From: Candidatus Dadabacteria bacterium
GTDB taxonomy: Bacteria; Desulfobacterota_D; UBA1144; Nemesobacterales; CSP1-2
DNA length: 64,000 bases
Direction of reading: 5' to 3'
Assembly: GCA_963805855.1 (NCBI GenBank)
Contig: CAWDVW010000007.1
Coordinates: 256,001-320,000, forward strand
Shown: piece after piece, positions 52,120 through 62,763 of the stretch
Numbering within the stretch: position 1 is the stretch's first letter
How the letters are laid out: every line of letters begins with the position of its first letter
The notes under the pieces: generated by a model
Told to the model about the DNA's origin: nothing
The model's input: only the letters and a program-made list of their open reading frames with translations
Databases searched by the model: none
Made by a program: the position numbers and the translations under genes

Positions 52120-52690
52120 GATGTGTCATTTGCGAGCACTTAGCTACACTCGGTGTTAACTCCGCGAAGCAATCTTCTCCATGGGGATTGCTTCATCCCC
52201 TTCGATTTCGCTCGGGATGGGGACAGGAGCGCTACCCAATAACGGCGGAGACTGATAAATTAGGGTAGGTCACGAGTCTTGCTCGTGACCATAGGTTATC
52301 CCACCAGCAAGGCTGGTGGGCTAACCTTATTCGTATCATTTCTTGGAAAAGAAAGATTTCTCCTTCGAGTCGAAATGACGGGAAGTTGTCGCAATTCTAG
52401 ATTCCCCGTAATTCATGGACAAGAGTTTTTAAATTTCAATGTTGTTTTCTTTTTCACTGATCCATTACGAAATGGAGAGGATTTAATTGGCATTCCAAAA
52501 ACTGCGTCAAGAAAATCAAAAACGAAGGCGTTAAAATTTTTGGACAGCCTTGTCCTGAGCCTGTCTTGAGCTTGTCGAAAGCCTAGGTCTAAAGATTGCT
52601 TCTTTGGGTCAAGACAAAGAAATTGGAAAGAAGTGTAAGATAAATGAAGAAAATACTTTTAAAGATTCTGTCCTCGAAATATCTGGCTTT
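52120..52690. repeat. Cluster of nested palindromic repeats
   Basis: GAAGCAATC/GATTGCTTC inverted pair, GTAG REP doublet at 52265-52326, TGTCCTGAGC-CTGTCTTGAGC, blocks shared with the 17.25 kb and 19.72 kb regions. Confidence 0.7.
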
Positions 52691-52929
52691 TACAGTAATC
52701 ACTGAGATGACCATCCTTAAATTGAAGACGCCCTAAGTTGAAAATGCCCTGCGACCTGCTGTGGGGGTTCTATTTTAAAATTTATAAATTTCCAATAAAT
52801 GCTATTTTTATGTGCTAAGAAGTAAAGGTTGTAGTTTTGCGAACATTTTAAAGGTGCTGATCCTTTAAGATCGAAATAACTGGATTGCACCTGTAATATC
52901 TAGCTTCTATGGATCTTTTCTGAAATGTT

Positions 52930-54120
52930 ATGAATGAAGACGTAAAGGAGACTACTAAATTTGAGTTAGAAAGAAATATACCTTTTCTTAACCGGGATTT
53001 CATTCTTATTACTATTGCTAGCTTTTTATTCTTCTTCAATTTCCATTCCTTTATCCTTCTTCCAATTCGAATTCAGGAGCTTGGCGGTGGTGCATCTGTT
53101 ATCGGTTTTATAATGGGAATAACATGGATAAGCACAATTATTTCTACTCCGGCTGTCGGCCTATTTGTTGATAGGTGGGGGAAAAAGTGGTTTATGGCGA
53201 CTGGAGGGTTAATAATGTCTCTCACGACTCTTCTTTTTGCATATGTCAATGAATTAGATTTCTTGTTTCCACTTCTGAGGGTCATTCAGGGGGCGTCTTT
53301 TTCATTTTTCTTTATATCAGCGGGGACACTCACCGCTGAAGTCACACCGGTGGCAAAAAGGGCTCAGGCAATCGGTATCTTTGGAGTATTTACTATTATT
53401 AATTATGCGCTTGCTCCATATATAGGGAGAATAATTCTTGAACATTACGATTTCAGGGTTTTATTCCTGTCTGTTTTTGGATTTGGATTTTTGGCCTTTG
53501 TAATTGCAGTCCTCCTAAAGGAGCCTGAGAGGACAAAGGAAATCGAAAGTAAAGGCGGTAGCTACTTAACTATACTTCTGAGAAGAAATGTCTTGATTTC
53601 CGCCATTACGATTATGATAGCCGGTTCTGGATTTATCTCAACAATCACATTTTTGCCTGTGTTTGCTAAAGGGGTCAAGATTGAATCATTTCATTATTTC
53701 TTTATCGCATATACCATCGCTGTGATTTGTATGCGTCTTTTTGGAGGATGGATTCCTGATCAGTATGGAAGAAGGAAAGCTTTAATACCGTCGCTGTTAT
53801 TTTTTTCAATAAGTATTTTTTGGCTGGGATTGGCATCGAACGAGATCGATCTCATAGAGACAGGCGTCCTTTTCGGGCTCAGTCACGGGCTCCTATATCC
53901 CACCTTTTATGCCCTTGTCATTGATATAAGTCCGTTTTATGACAGGGGTAAGGCATTTTCTATTTGCAGCGTAGCATTTACCGTTGGAGGTATGCTAGGT
54001 TCTTTTGTTTATGGCTGGATAGCAGAATACTACGGATTTCGTGATATGTTTCAAATTATTGCTTTTGTTTGCCTGTTTGGTTTTCTCCTTTTTGCCCTTT
54101 TTGGTAGGGAGAGTAATTAG
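52930..54120 (+). CDS. MFS transporter
   Basis: About 12 TM; G.FVDRWGKK and G.IPDQYGRRK motif A. Confidence 0.9.
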   Translation: MNEDVKETTKFELERNIPFLNRDFILITIASFLFFFNFHSFILLPIRIQELGGGASVIGFIMGITWISTIISTPAVGLFVDRWGKKWFMATGGLIMSLTTLLFAYVNELDFLFPLLRVIQGASFSFFFISAGTLTAEVTPVAKRAQAIGIFGVFTIINYALAPYIGRIILEHYDFRVLFLSVFGFGFLAFVIAVLLKEPERTKEIESKGGSYLTILLRRNVLISAITIMIAGSGFISTITFLPVFAKGVKIESFHYFFIAYTIAVICMRLFGGWIPDQYGRRKALIPSLLFFSISIFWLGLASNEIDLIETGVLFGLSHGLLYPTFYALVIDISPFYDRGKAFSICSVAFTVGGMLGSFVYGWIAEYYGFRDMFQIIAFVCLFGFLLFALFGRESN

Positions 54121-54236
54121 CATTTATTTCTTGCGAAAATCGCTTACTGATAATTGTCTATGCACAATTAGTCGAGGAACTGTGCAATCAAATGGAGTAT
54201 GATGTAAACTAGATATATTAATTTTCAACAAATGAG

Positions 54237-54644
54237 GTGATAAGATTGACCCTTGATAAGATGGATAGACAAAGAGCATTAGATGATGGTTTACAGAGAG
54301 ATATTACCGACATTTCCAAAGAAGCGGGCCTTTTTTTACCTGTATTCATTACAAATAAGGTTTTGGATCATTGGGTAACTAATGAGGGGAATGATCCTGA
54401 TTTTTCAGAAGTGGAAAAGGGAATAATCAAAGGTATCCTAAGCAAACTTGTTTACTTACTAAGGGTCCATAGACAAACCAGTAAATCAAATTTAATTTAT
54501 TTTAATGCCTCAATTGAGAAAGATGGTAAAAATGAGACTGCACTGCTTTTATCTCTTTTAGGCCCGATTGATTCAGATGATCATAGGCCCTGTATTACTA
54601 TTATGCTCCCAGAGGAATACCCTGCGGGATCAGATAGGGCCTGA
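54237..54644 (+). CDS. Hypothetical protein (DUF6573-like)
   Basis: R.RALDDG...DI....KEAG...PV.IT and C-terminal GP.D....P.ITIMLPEE. Confidence 0.55.
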   Translation: MIRLTLDKMDRQRALDDGLQRDITDISKEAGLFLPVFITNKVLDHWVTNEGNDPDFSEVEKGIIKGILSKLVYLLRVHRQTSKSNLIYFNASIEKDGKNETALLLSLLGPIDSDDHRPCITIMLPEEYPAGSDRA

Positions 54645-54816
54645 AAAGGTCAATCGTTCCAGGTTATTGAAATTTATCCATAAAAAGTCTAAGTTACTAA
54701 GCCATTGATAGAAGATTCTTCAACGCGTCTTGGAACGTGGCATTAAATTTTAGGTATTGCCTATTGATATATCTTATGGATCAGCGAAATCAATTCTATA
54801 AGGATGGAGACGACTC

Positions 54817-55227
54817 GTGAACAGGGTCAGTGATTATGAATTGCCATTTCCACCTCCGGCTATATGGAATCTGCTGGGAATAGAAGTGGTCGAAATGGGA
54901 GATGGTTATTCGAAGCTTATTATGCCCTTTAGCGAGAAGCTAGCTCAACCATACGGCATAGTTCACGGGGGCGCAGTATTTACTCTTGCCGATTCAGCAG
55001 CAGCTGTATCTATTGCTTCATTGGTGGAACCGAATAGGAAATTTGTGACCCTCGAGATGAAAATCAACTTTTTGGAACCGATCAAAGAGGGAATTATTGA
55101 AGCAACGGCAATTGTGCTGAGAAGAGGAAGGATCATGCCTGCGGAAGTCGATATTATTAATAACCAGAAGCTAGTTGCAAAAGCAATCGCAACGTATATT
55201 ATACTTGACGAAAATAAGATATTTTGA
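54817..55227 (+). CDS. PaaI-family thioesterase
   Basis: G.VHGGAVFTLADSA, T.EMKINFL.P. Confidence 0.9.
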   Translation: MNRVSDYELPFPPPAIWNLLGIEVVEMGDGYSKLIMPFSEKLAQPYGIVHGGAVFTLADSAAAVSIASLVEPNRKFVTLEMKINFLEPIKEGIIEATAIVLRRGRIMPAEVDIINNQKLVAKAIATYIILDENKIF

Positions 55228-55312
55228 CTAACCTAAGCCATAATACTTTGCGATCAAGTATAGGTACTCTCGATGCATTTTCCCTAATTGGGTAGAACAA
55301 GTACATGATATC

Positions 55313-56773
55313 ATGGACAATGAACTCATAGAGCAGCGAAAGCACAAAATAGAAGAACTAAAGAGGATCGGCATTGACCCCTATGCTAACTATTTCAAAA
55401 TCTCGCACTCTGCTTCCACCATACTTTCGTCATATGGAAAAGCTTCAGATGAACAGCTAAAAGCAATTGATGCAGAATTTTCCATTGCGGGCAGGGTAAT
55501 TGCAATAAGAGATTTCGGAAAGAGTATGTTCCTCCACATTTTAGATGGGTCAGGAAAGATTCAAGCTTATATCAGAAAAGATATTGCGGGTGACGAAAGT
55601 TTAGAATTTATTAAGAAGTTTGTAGATATTGGAGATTTTGTCGGAATAGTAGGGAATCTATTCAAGACGAAAACGGGAGAACTGACGCTAAACGTCAAGG
55701 AAATTAGGCTCATTACCAAGACAATGAATCCTCTACCCGAAAAATGGCATGGTTTGAGAGACGTGGAGCTAAGGTATAGGAAGCGCTATCTTGATTTGAT
55801 CTCCAATTCAGATGTTAAGGATGTCTTTTTTAAAAGGACAAAAATAATCAAAGCTATCAGGACCTTTCTTGATCATAAGGATTTTATCGAGGTAGAAACT
55901 CCTGTTCTTCACCCCGTAGCGGGTGGCGCAGCTGCTCAACCATTCAAAACACACCACAACGCACTGGATATGGATCTTTTTTTGAGAATAGCTCCCGAGC
56001 TTTATTTAAAAAGGCTCGTTATAGGAGGGTTTGATAGGGTTTATGAGATCGGAAGGACTTTCAGAAATGAAGGCATATCTACTCAACATAATCCGGAGTT
56101 TACAATGCTGGAACTCTACCAAGCATATGCTACTTACGAAGATTTGATGAATCTGCTCGAAGAACTTGTCTGTTTTGTTGCCGAAACCGTTTTTAATAAA
56201 AACCAGTTTGAGTATCAAGGCTTGAAGATGGATTTGAGCCGTCCTTGGAAGAGGATCAGTATAATCGACTCGTTAATAGACACCTACGGGGAAGATATAT
56301 TGAGAGATGACGAAGTTCTATTTTCTAAAGCAGATTCATTTGGAATAGAGTATAAAGGGGTTAGAGGCAAGGCTATAATCGAGTTATTTGAACATACTAG
56401 AGGAAAAGAGATAGTGGATCCGGCATTTATTTATGGGTTCCCGACCGATATATCTCCGCTGGCTAGGAAAAATGATGAGAATCCTGAGATTACGGATAGG
56501 TTTGAACTATTCATGGCGGGTAGAGAGATTGCGAACGCATTCTCAGAACTCAACGACCCTATAGATCAGAGGGAGAGGTTTACCAAACAGTTGGAAATAA
56601 AGGCAAGGGGTGGAGGTGAATATCAAGAAATCGACGAAGACTTCATATCTGCATTGGAGTACGGTATGCCGCCAACCGCTGGTGCAGGAATTGGGATCGA
56701 TCGTTTAGTAATGCTCCTTACCGATTCACCCTCGATAAGGGACGTTATTTTTTTTCCACAACTTAGAACCTAA
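55313..56773 (+). CDS. lysS: Lysine--tRNA ligase
   Basis: [49 protein letters not shown]. Confidence 0.97.
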   Translation: MDNELIEQRKHKIEELKRIGIDPYANYFKISHSASTILSSYGKASDEQLKAIDAEFSIAGRVIAIRDFGKSMFLHILDGSGKIQAYIRKDIAGDESLEFIKKFVDIGDFVGIVGNLFKTKTGELTLNVKEIRLITKTMNPLPEKWHGLRDVELRYRKRYLDLISNSDVKDVFFKRTKIIKAIRTFLDHKDFIEVETPVLHPVAGGAAAQPFKTHHNALDMDLFLRIAPELYLKRLVIGGFDRVYEIGRTFRNEGISTQHNPEFTMLELYQAYATYEDLMNLLEELVCFVAETVFNKNQFEYQGLKMDLSRPWKRISIIDSLIDTYGEDILRDDEVLFSKADSFGIEYKGVRGKAIIELFEHTRGKEIVDPAFIYGFPTDISPLARKNDENPEITDRFELFMAGREIANAFSELNDPIDQRERFTKQLEIKARGGGEYQEIDEDFISALEYGMPPTAGAGIGIDRLVMLLTDSPSIRDVIFFPQLRT

Positions 56774-58071
56774 TGAAATACGAATTTTTTATCGGACTTA
56801 GATATCTGAGGTCAAAAAGAAGGCAAACCTTTATATCCATAATTGGCCTTATCGCCATTCTGGGAGTTATTATTGGCGTCATGGCGCTTAATGTTGTGCT
56901 GGGTGTAATGAGTGGTTTTGAAGAGGAACTCAGGAATAAGATATTGGGTGTCAGTTCTCATCTTGTGGTTTTGGATTATGATGGTCCGATTGAGGATTAC
57001 AGCGAGATAAGGGAGAGGGTCTTGGGTTTTCCCGGTGTTGTGGGGGCAAGCCCTTTCATTTATGGTCAAGGAATGATTGTAAGTGAAAACAACGTAATCG
57101 GGGCGGTTATAAGAGGCATTGATCCCGGAACCGCGGGAACAGTAACAAACGTGGAAGAAGCTATTGGGAGGGGTGTAGTAGGTAGAGGGGAAAAGGTAAA
57201 TAGCAATAAGCTCATACGTATTGGAAATGAGCAATTGACGAAGCTGACAGGAGAAACAGCCTCGGGGAAGCCGCCTATAATTATTGGCCGAGAACTCGGA
57301 TCTACCCTGGGCGTGAGTGTAGCTGATATCGTCAGTGTCCTTTCACCTTTGGGCACATATGGTCCGTTTGGTCCTCAGGCCAAGGTAAAAAAATTTGAGG
57401 TCATCGGTATTTTTGACTATGGTATGGTTGAGTATGACTCATCAATTGCGTACGTATCACTTGAAGATGCGATGAACTTTTTTGATATGAAGGACAAGGT
57501 ATCAGGCATTGAAGTTAAGGTTAAGGATATATATAAGGCGAAGGCGATTGGGGAGAAACTCTCTGCAATCTTGGGGTTTCCTTACTTCGTTAGAAATTGG
57601 GAGGAGGTAAACCGAAGCCTATTCAGAGCGCTTCGTTTGGAGCGATTGGCGATAGCTATTTTTCTTGGATTCATTATTCTTGTTGCCGCACTTGATATCG
57701 TCAGTACCCTAACAATGGTAGTCATGGAGAAGGGCAAAGATATCGCAATCCTACGCGCTATGGGAGCAACACGGGGAAGTATAATGAAAATTTTCATAAC
57801 TGATGGGATGATTATCGGAATTATTGGGACTGTCTTGGGTACCTTAGCTGGTTTTGGCATATGTTACTTGCTTAAAACCAACGAATCTATCAAACAGCTT
57901 ATTCCGTTTGACCCGGAAGTCTATCCGATCTCGGAGTTCCCGGTTAAAATTGAACCTCTGTTTTTTCTAATAGTGGCAATTAGCAGCTTAATTATATGTT
58001 TCATTGCGACCCTGTATCCGTCTTATCAGGCGTCTCGCAAGGATCCTGTAGAAGCTTTGAGGTTTGAATGA
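56773..58071 (+). CDS. lolE: Lipoprotein-releasing ABC permease LolC/E
   Basis: FIGLRYLRSKR, VMSGFE.EL, DIAILRAMGA, ATLYP...A...P.EALR.E. Confidence 0.92.
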   Translation: MKYEFFIGLRYLRSKRRQTFISIIGLIAILGVIIGVMALNVVLGVMSGFEEELRNKILGVSSHLVVLDYDGPIEDYSEIRERVLGFPGVVGASPFIYGQGMIVSENNVIGAVIRGIDPGTAGTVTNVEEAIGRGVVGRGEKVNSNKLIRIGNEQLTKLTGETASGKPPIIIGRELGSTLGVSVADIVSVLSPLGTYGPFGPQAKVKKFEVIGIFDYGMVEYDSSIAYVSLEDAMNFFDMKDKVSGIEVKVKDIYKAKAIGEKLSAILGFPYFVRNWEEVNRSLFRALRLERLAIAIFLGFIILVAALDIVSTLTMVVMEKGKDIAILRAMGATRGSIMKIFITDGMIIGIIGTVLGTLAGFGICYLLKTNESIKQLIPFDPEVYPISEFPVKIEPLFFLIVAISSLIICFIATLYPSYQASRKDPVEALRFE

Positions 58072-58796
58072 GTTCCATAATAGAGGCGAAGTGCATTTGG
58101 AAAGTTTTCGAGACAAAGGGGGATAAAGTTGAAGCACTTAAGGGAATTGACTTGGTTATAAACAGGGGCGACACGATTGGTGTCGTTGGTGTTTCGGGTT
58201 CGGGAAAGAGCACCCTATTACATATTCTAGGTACACTGGATCGTCCGACGGCAGGGGAATTGATCTATTGGAATTCGAGCGAGGTGCCTGATGGCAATGG
58301 GCATAGCGAACAAGTACAGGAACTCAATATTTTTCAACATAGTGATGGCGAACTCGCTACATTCAGGAATCATGAGGTTGGTTTTGTTTTTCAGTCTCAT
58401 TATCTTCTTCCGGAGTTTAATGCGCTGGAGAACGTTATGATGCCTGCATTAATTCAAGGAATTGGGAAGAAGCGGGCAAAGGAGTTGTCGGAGTCGATCC
58501 TCTTCAAAGTGGGTCTGCAAAACCGGTTATTTCACAGGCCCGGGGAGCTATCAGGGGGAGAGCAACAACGGGTTGCAATAGCTAGGGCTGTTATCTTAAA
58601 ACCAAGAGTGATATTTGCAGATGAACCTACGGGAAACCTGGATTTGGAAACAGGGATGTCGATTATGGATCTATTTTTAAAGCTGAATGAGGAAGACGGT
58701 ATTATTCTGGTCTTGGTGACTCATAATCCCCAAGTGGCAAGCAGGTTGAGTAGAACTATCACACTATCTGATGGATTGGTCGTCGATGAGAAATAG
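58068..58796 (+). CDS. lolD: Lipoprotein-releasing ABC ATPase
   Basis: [39 protein letters not shown]. Confidence 0.92.
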   Translation: MSSIIEAKCIWKVFETKGDKVEALKGIDLVINRGDTIGVVGVSGSGKSTLLHILGTLDRPTAGELIYWNSSEVPDGNGHSEQVQELNIFQHSDGELATFRNHEVGFVFQSHYLLPEFNALENVMMPALIQGIGKKRAKELSESILFKVGLQNRLFHRPGELSGGEQQRVAIARAVILKPRVIFADEPTGNLDLETGMSIMDLFLKLNEEDGIILVLVTHNPQVASRLSRTITLSDGLVVDEK

Positions 58797-61083
58797 TAGA
58801 TCATATCTTAGGTGTACAATCATAACTGCCTTTCCTCTCTTGATTAGTCTGATTTTTATTCCTGTTCTTGCAATAGGACAGGAAACTATCGCAAAGATCG
58901 AAATTGAGGGGAATAAAAGGATTGAGACAAATATTATCAAAAACAATCTTTCTTCGAGAGAGGGTGAGCCTCTATCTTCAGACACCGTTAGGGAGGATAT
59001 AAAAAATATTTATAAACTGGGGTTCTTTGAAGACGTATCTGCGGAGGTTGAGCAAACTCCTGAAGGAGTTGTTCTTATCTATAGAGTCAAAGAAAAACCC
59101 GTTGTTGTCGACCTCAGGATTAGAGGGAATGATGAGATAAAAAATGAAGAGATAATGGATGTAATCGATGTGAAAGAGGGTCGTATTATTGAGCTTAACA
59201 AGGTTAAGAAAAGCGTTGAGGCGATTGAGAAACTTTATGCCGAGAAGGGTTATGTTGCAAGAGAGGTTACCTATAACATTGAACCTAAGGGAGAGGGGAC
59301 CGTAAGTGTTACCTTTGACATACAGGAAGGAAAACGAGCATATATTAAGAAGGTTAATTTTATAGGGAATGAAGCCCTTAAGACGAAGCAACTGAAAGAA
59401 GGGTTATACACCAAGACAAAAGGAATGTTTTCATTTATAACAAAAAGCGGTTTGTATAACCCGAATGAGATTGATAATGACGCACAAAGAATCAGGGCGA
59501 AATACTATAATAACGGTTACCTCGATGTGAAGGTGAATAAACCGGAGATTGAGTTCAACGAGGAAGAAGATGGTTATATAGTAACGTTTAGAATTGAAGA
59601 GGGTAAGCAGTACAAAATCAAAAACATCACTTTTAATGGAGATTTGGTTGTTCCAGAGGAAGAGCTGCGCTCGCTCCTCAAGTTGAAAAGCGGAGAAATA
59701 TTCCGCGGCGAACAGCTGGCAGATGATATCGAAAAACTCACCACGTTTTATGGTGATAAGGGATATGCGTTTGCCAATGTGGACCCCGGTGTCAAACAGA
59801 ATAGGGAAGAACTCACGGTTGATTTAAATTTTCTACTTGAGAAGGGGCCGGAGGTATCCATAAGAGATATAGATATTGTAGGCAACGCTAGAACGAAGGA
59901 TAAGGTTATAAGAAGGGAAATTCCCATCGAAGAAGAACAACTGTATAGCACAACTAAGGTGGATGCGATCAAACCAAGGGTTTCAAGGCTCGGGTTTTTT
60001 GATGAGAATGTTGAAGTTGCTACCAATCGTGTTCCTGGAACCGATAATCAGGTTGATTTGAGTGTCAAGGTAAAGGAGAAGCCTACCGGTTTCTTCAGCG
60101 TGGCTGGTGGATTTAGCTCAGTTGAAACTATTATCTTTGCCGGTCAGGTTCAGGAATCAAATATTTTTGGCACCGGGAAACGGGTATCTTTAAATGCGCA
60201 GATCGGTGGCGTAACTCAGTTATTTTTCCTTAATTATACAGACCCTCACTTTCTCGACTCTGACTGGACTCTTGATGCAGTGGGCTTTAGATCGAAACAG
60301 GTGTTTAGAGATTTTGACAGGACGGCATGGGGTGGATCTTTAACAGTGGGGCGCAGGCTATTTAGTCACTTAAGCGGATCACTAACTTATAGACTGGAGA
60401 GTCTCAAAATTGGCAATGTCGATAGAAATGCTTCGTTCCTAATAACTGAGCAGTCGCAAACCGTCAGCAGCTTCGCCCTCGGGTTTGTATGGGATACATT
60501 GAATAATGTACTGGATCCTACAAGAGGAAATATATCGAGGACAAGCATAGAATATGCGGGGCCTTTTGGTGGTGATACAGATTTTATTAGATATAATATC
60601 TCATCGAGACAATTCGTCCCGTTTTGGTATAATACCTATTTCTCCCTGTTTGGAACATATGGCATAGTAGATTTTCAAAACATAGGGAATGAATTGGTTG
60701 TGGCTGAAAGATATTTTCTAGGAGGTCCGAATACACTCAGAGGCTTTGGTTTTAGGAGAGTCAGTCCACGCGTTCCTGTCCCAGATGGAGGTTATGTTCT
60801 TATAGGTGGGGTTCAGCAATTACTGTTTCAGGTCGACTACATTTTCCCACTCCTTTCTCAGGTAGGCCTTAAGGGGGTTTTATTTTTTGATATTGGTAAT
60901 GTATTTAATGATGGACAAGACCTTACCTTTAATCCCAGTGATCTAAGGAAGGATTGGGGACTTGGTTTTAGGTGGAATTCACCTCTCGGCCCATTGAGGC
61001 TTGAAGTCGGGTTTCCCATAGGTACTCGACTTCCTGGAGAGAAATCTTACGAGATTCAGTTTACGGTAGGTACATTATTTTAG
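58786..61083 (+). CDS. bamA: Outer-membrane protein assembly factor BamA
   Basis: POTRA repeats (I.I.GN...), LRGF loop motif, W.SPLGPLR, terminal Phe. Confidence 0.95.
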   Translation: MRNSRSYLRCTIITAFPLLISLIFIPVLAIGQETIAKIEIEGNKRIETNIIKNNLSSREGEPLSSDTVREDIKNIYKLGFFEDVSAEVEQTPEGVVLIYRVKEKPVVVDLRIRGNDEIKNEEIMDVIDVKEGRIIELNKVKKSVEAIEKLYAEKGYVAREVTYNIEPKGEGTVSVTFDIQEGKRAYIKKVNFIGNEALKTKQLKEGLYTKTKGMFSFITKSGLYNPNEIDNDAQRIRAKYYNNGYLDVKVNKPEIEFNEEEDGYIVTFRIEEGKQYKIKNITFNGDLVVPEEELRSLLKLKSGEIFRGEQLADDIEKLTTFYGDKGYAFANVDPGVKQNREELTVDLNFLLEKGPEVSIRDIDIVGNARTKDKVIRREIPIEEEQLYSTTKVDAIKPRVSRLGFFDENVEVATNRVPGTDNQVDLSVKVKEKPTGFFSVAGGFSSVETIIFAGQVQESNIFGTGKRVSLNAQIGGVTQLFFLNYTDPHFLDSDWTLDAVGFRSKQVFRDFDRTAWGGSLTVGRRLFSHLSGSLTYRLESLKIGNVDRNASFLITEQSQTVSSFALGFVWDTLNNVLDPTRGNISRTSIEYAGPFGGDTDFIRYNISSRQFVPFWYNTYFSLFGTYGIVDFQNIGNELVVAERYFLGGPNTLRGFGFRRVSPRVPVPDGGYVLIGGVQQLLFQVDYIFPLLSQVGLKGVLFFDIGNVFNDGQDLTFNPSDLRKDWGLGFRWNSPLGPLRLEVGFPIGTRLPGEKSYEIQFTVGTLF

Positions 61084-61098
61084 TTAAGGAGGCAGTAA

Positions 61099-61608
61099 AT
61101 GAGAAGTCTAATTGTTGCTTTTTTATTTACAGTTTTGACAGCAGGATTATCGTACGCCCAGTCAACCGCTAAGATTGGATATATTGATCTACAACGTGTG
61201 ATCCTTGAATCTAAAGCTGGAAAGACGGCAAAGAGTGCTTTTGAACGAGAGTTTAATCAAAAAGCGGCATTGATCGAACAAAAGAAAGCGGCCCTGGATC
61301 AAGAGAGGGAGAGTTTTTTGAAGCAATCTGCTGTTATGGACGAGGAAGCAAGGTTAAGAAAAGCCGACGAATTACAGAGAAAGGAGAAGGATCTCAATAG
61401 GACCCGCGACGATTACAGAGATGAACTTCAGAGGCGTGATCTCGATCTATCAAAGCAAATATTATCTGAGGTTGTGGTGATTATAAGTAATATGGGCCAA
61501 TCCGAGGGTTATGAGATCATTGTAGAAAAGAGTGAGGGTGGTATCTTGTGCTGCAAAGGTGCTGATATTACTGATAGAGTGATTAAGGCTTTTGACTCCA
61601 AGAAGTGA
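61099..61608 (+). CDS. skp: OmpH/Skp periplasmic chaperone
   Basis: Signal peptide, KIGYIDLQRV, coiled coil, ADITD.VI. Confidence 0.92.
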   Translation: MRSLIVAFLFTVLTAGLSYAQSTAKIGYIDLQRVILESKAGKTAKSAFEREFNQKAALIEQKKAALDQERESFLKQSAVMDEEARLRKADELQRKEKDLNRTRDDYRDELQRRDLDLSKQILSEVVVIISNMGQSEGYEIIVEKSEGGILCCKGADITDRVIKAFDSKK

Positions 61609-61686
61609 TAAAATTACTTAAGCGAATTAAATTGCACTGTTTTTTTTTACATATAGGGATAAATAATAATTTTGTAAGGTGGAAGC

Positions 61687-62127
61687 ATGATATACAATAA
61701 AGAGGAGATAGAAAAATTCATTCCACACCGGGACCCTTTTCTTTTTGTCGACAGTGTAATTGAGCTTGAGCCGGAGGTGAGGATCGTTGCATCAAAGCGT
61801 TTTGGGGATGAGTTAGACTTCTTCAGGGGTCATTTTCCTGGTAATCCGATAGTGCCAGGGGTTATTCTCCTCGAAGCTCTCGCACAGGCTGGAGGGATTT
61901 TATTTGCCTCTTCTTATCCTGAGAAAATTAGAGAGAAGGGCAGATTCAATGTTTATCTAATGGGTGTTGAAAACGTCAAATTCAGGAAGCCGGTTTTACC
62001 AGGCGATAATGTGAAACTGGAAGTAAAACTTCTAAAAAATAGGTTAAGGGGTCTGAAGTTTAGTGGCGAGGCGTTCGTAGGGAAGAATAAGGTCGCCGAA
62101 GCCCAAATCCTTGCCGCAATTGTCTAG
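61687..62127 (+). CDS. fabZ: 3-hydroxyacyl-ACP dehydratase
   Basis: IPHRDPFLFVD, FF.GHFP..PIVPGV...EALAQ, KFRKPV.PGD. Confidence 0.95.
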   Translation: MIYNKEEIEKFIPHRDPFLFVDSVIELEPEVRIVASKRFGDELDFFRGHFPGNPIVPGVILLEALAQAGGILFASSYPEKIREKGRFNVYLMGVENVKFRKPVLPGDNVKLEVKLLKNRLRGLKFSGEAFVGKNKVAEAQILAAIV

Positions 62128-62268
62128 TCTATCAAGGTTTATATTTAAACTTATGATAAATTTGATAATTTCTCTTGCTATGTTAATTTAAATCCCTTTA
62201 AATAAATCCTTTTCTCCAGTAATATTTCACTAAGAGGGATATGATTTTGATGGATGTATCAATGAAAA

Positions 62269-62343
62269 GCTGGCGTAGCTCAGTGGTAGAGCAGCTGATT
62301 TGTAATCAGCAGGTCGGGGGTTCAAATCCCTTCGCCAGCTCCA
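62269..62343 (+). tRNA. tRNA-Thr(TGT)
   Basis: GCTGGCG/CGCCAGC stem, GCTGA-TTTGTAA-TCAGC, CCA. Confidence 0.95.
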
Positions 62344-62350
62344 ATAACAT

Positions 62351-62424
62351 GATGCAGGATGCAAGATGCACGAAAGGAACTACTATAGTAATCATGCATC
62401 ATGGATCATGTATCATGCATCTTG
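62351..62424. repeat. GATGCAN heptad hairpin in tRNA spacer 1
   Basis: GATGCAG-GATGCAA-GATGCAC arm, loop, complementary TGCATC-type heptads. Confidence 0.8.
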
Positions 62425-62428
62425 GGTT

Positions 62429-62514
62429 GGGGAGGTGGCTGAGTGGACAAAGGCAGCAGACTGTAAATCTGCCGGTGCAAGCCTACGTAGGTTCGAATCC
62501 TGCCCTCCCCACCA
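62429..62514 (+). tRNA. tRNA-Tyr(GTA)
   Basis: GGGGAGG/CCTCCCC stem, GCAGA-CTGTAAA-TCTGC, long variable arm, CCA. Confidence 0.95.
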
Positions 62515-62516
62515 TT

Positions 62517-62585
62517 CACGATACAGATCCAAGATGTAGGATGTATTGATGCACGAAAGGAACTACTATAGTAATCATGCATCAT
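62517..62585. repeat. Heptad repeat in tRNA spacer 2
   Basis: 62548-62585 is identical to 62365-62402 (38 bp). Confidence 0.85.
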
Positions 62586-62596
62586 TTTATGGGTGT

Positions 62597-62670
62597 GCGG
62601 GAGTAGCTCAGTTGGCTAGAGCGTCAGCCTTCCAAGCTGAGGGTCGCGGGTTCGAGTCCCGTCTCCCGCT
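62597..62670 (+). tRNA. tRNA-Gly(TCC), CCA not encoded
   Basis: GCGGGAG/CTCCCGC stem, TCAGC-CTTCCAA-GCTGA. Confidence 0.95.
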
Positions 62671-62683
62671 CATAAATTGCGGT

Positions 62684-62759
62684 GCCCACGTAGCTCAGTC
62701 GGCAGAGCACATCCTTGGTAAGGATGAGGTCAGCGGTTCAAGTCCGCTCGTGGGCTCCA
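62684..62759 (+). tRNA. tRNA-Thr(GGT)
   Basis: GCCCACG/CGTGGGC stem, CATCC-TTGGTAA-GGATG, CCA. Confidence 0.95.
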
Positions 62760-62763
62760 GTAT

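Noticed and set aside
52279-52569. 96-aa ORF in the pyrC-MFS gap
   Set aside because: Made of palindromic repeats; no coding signal
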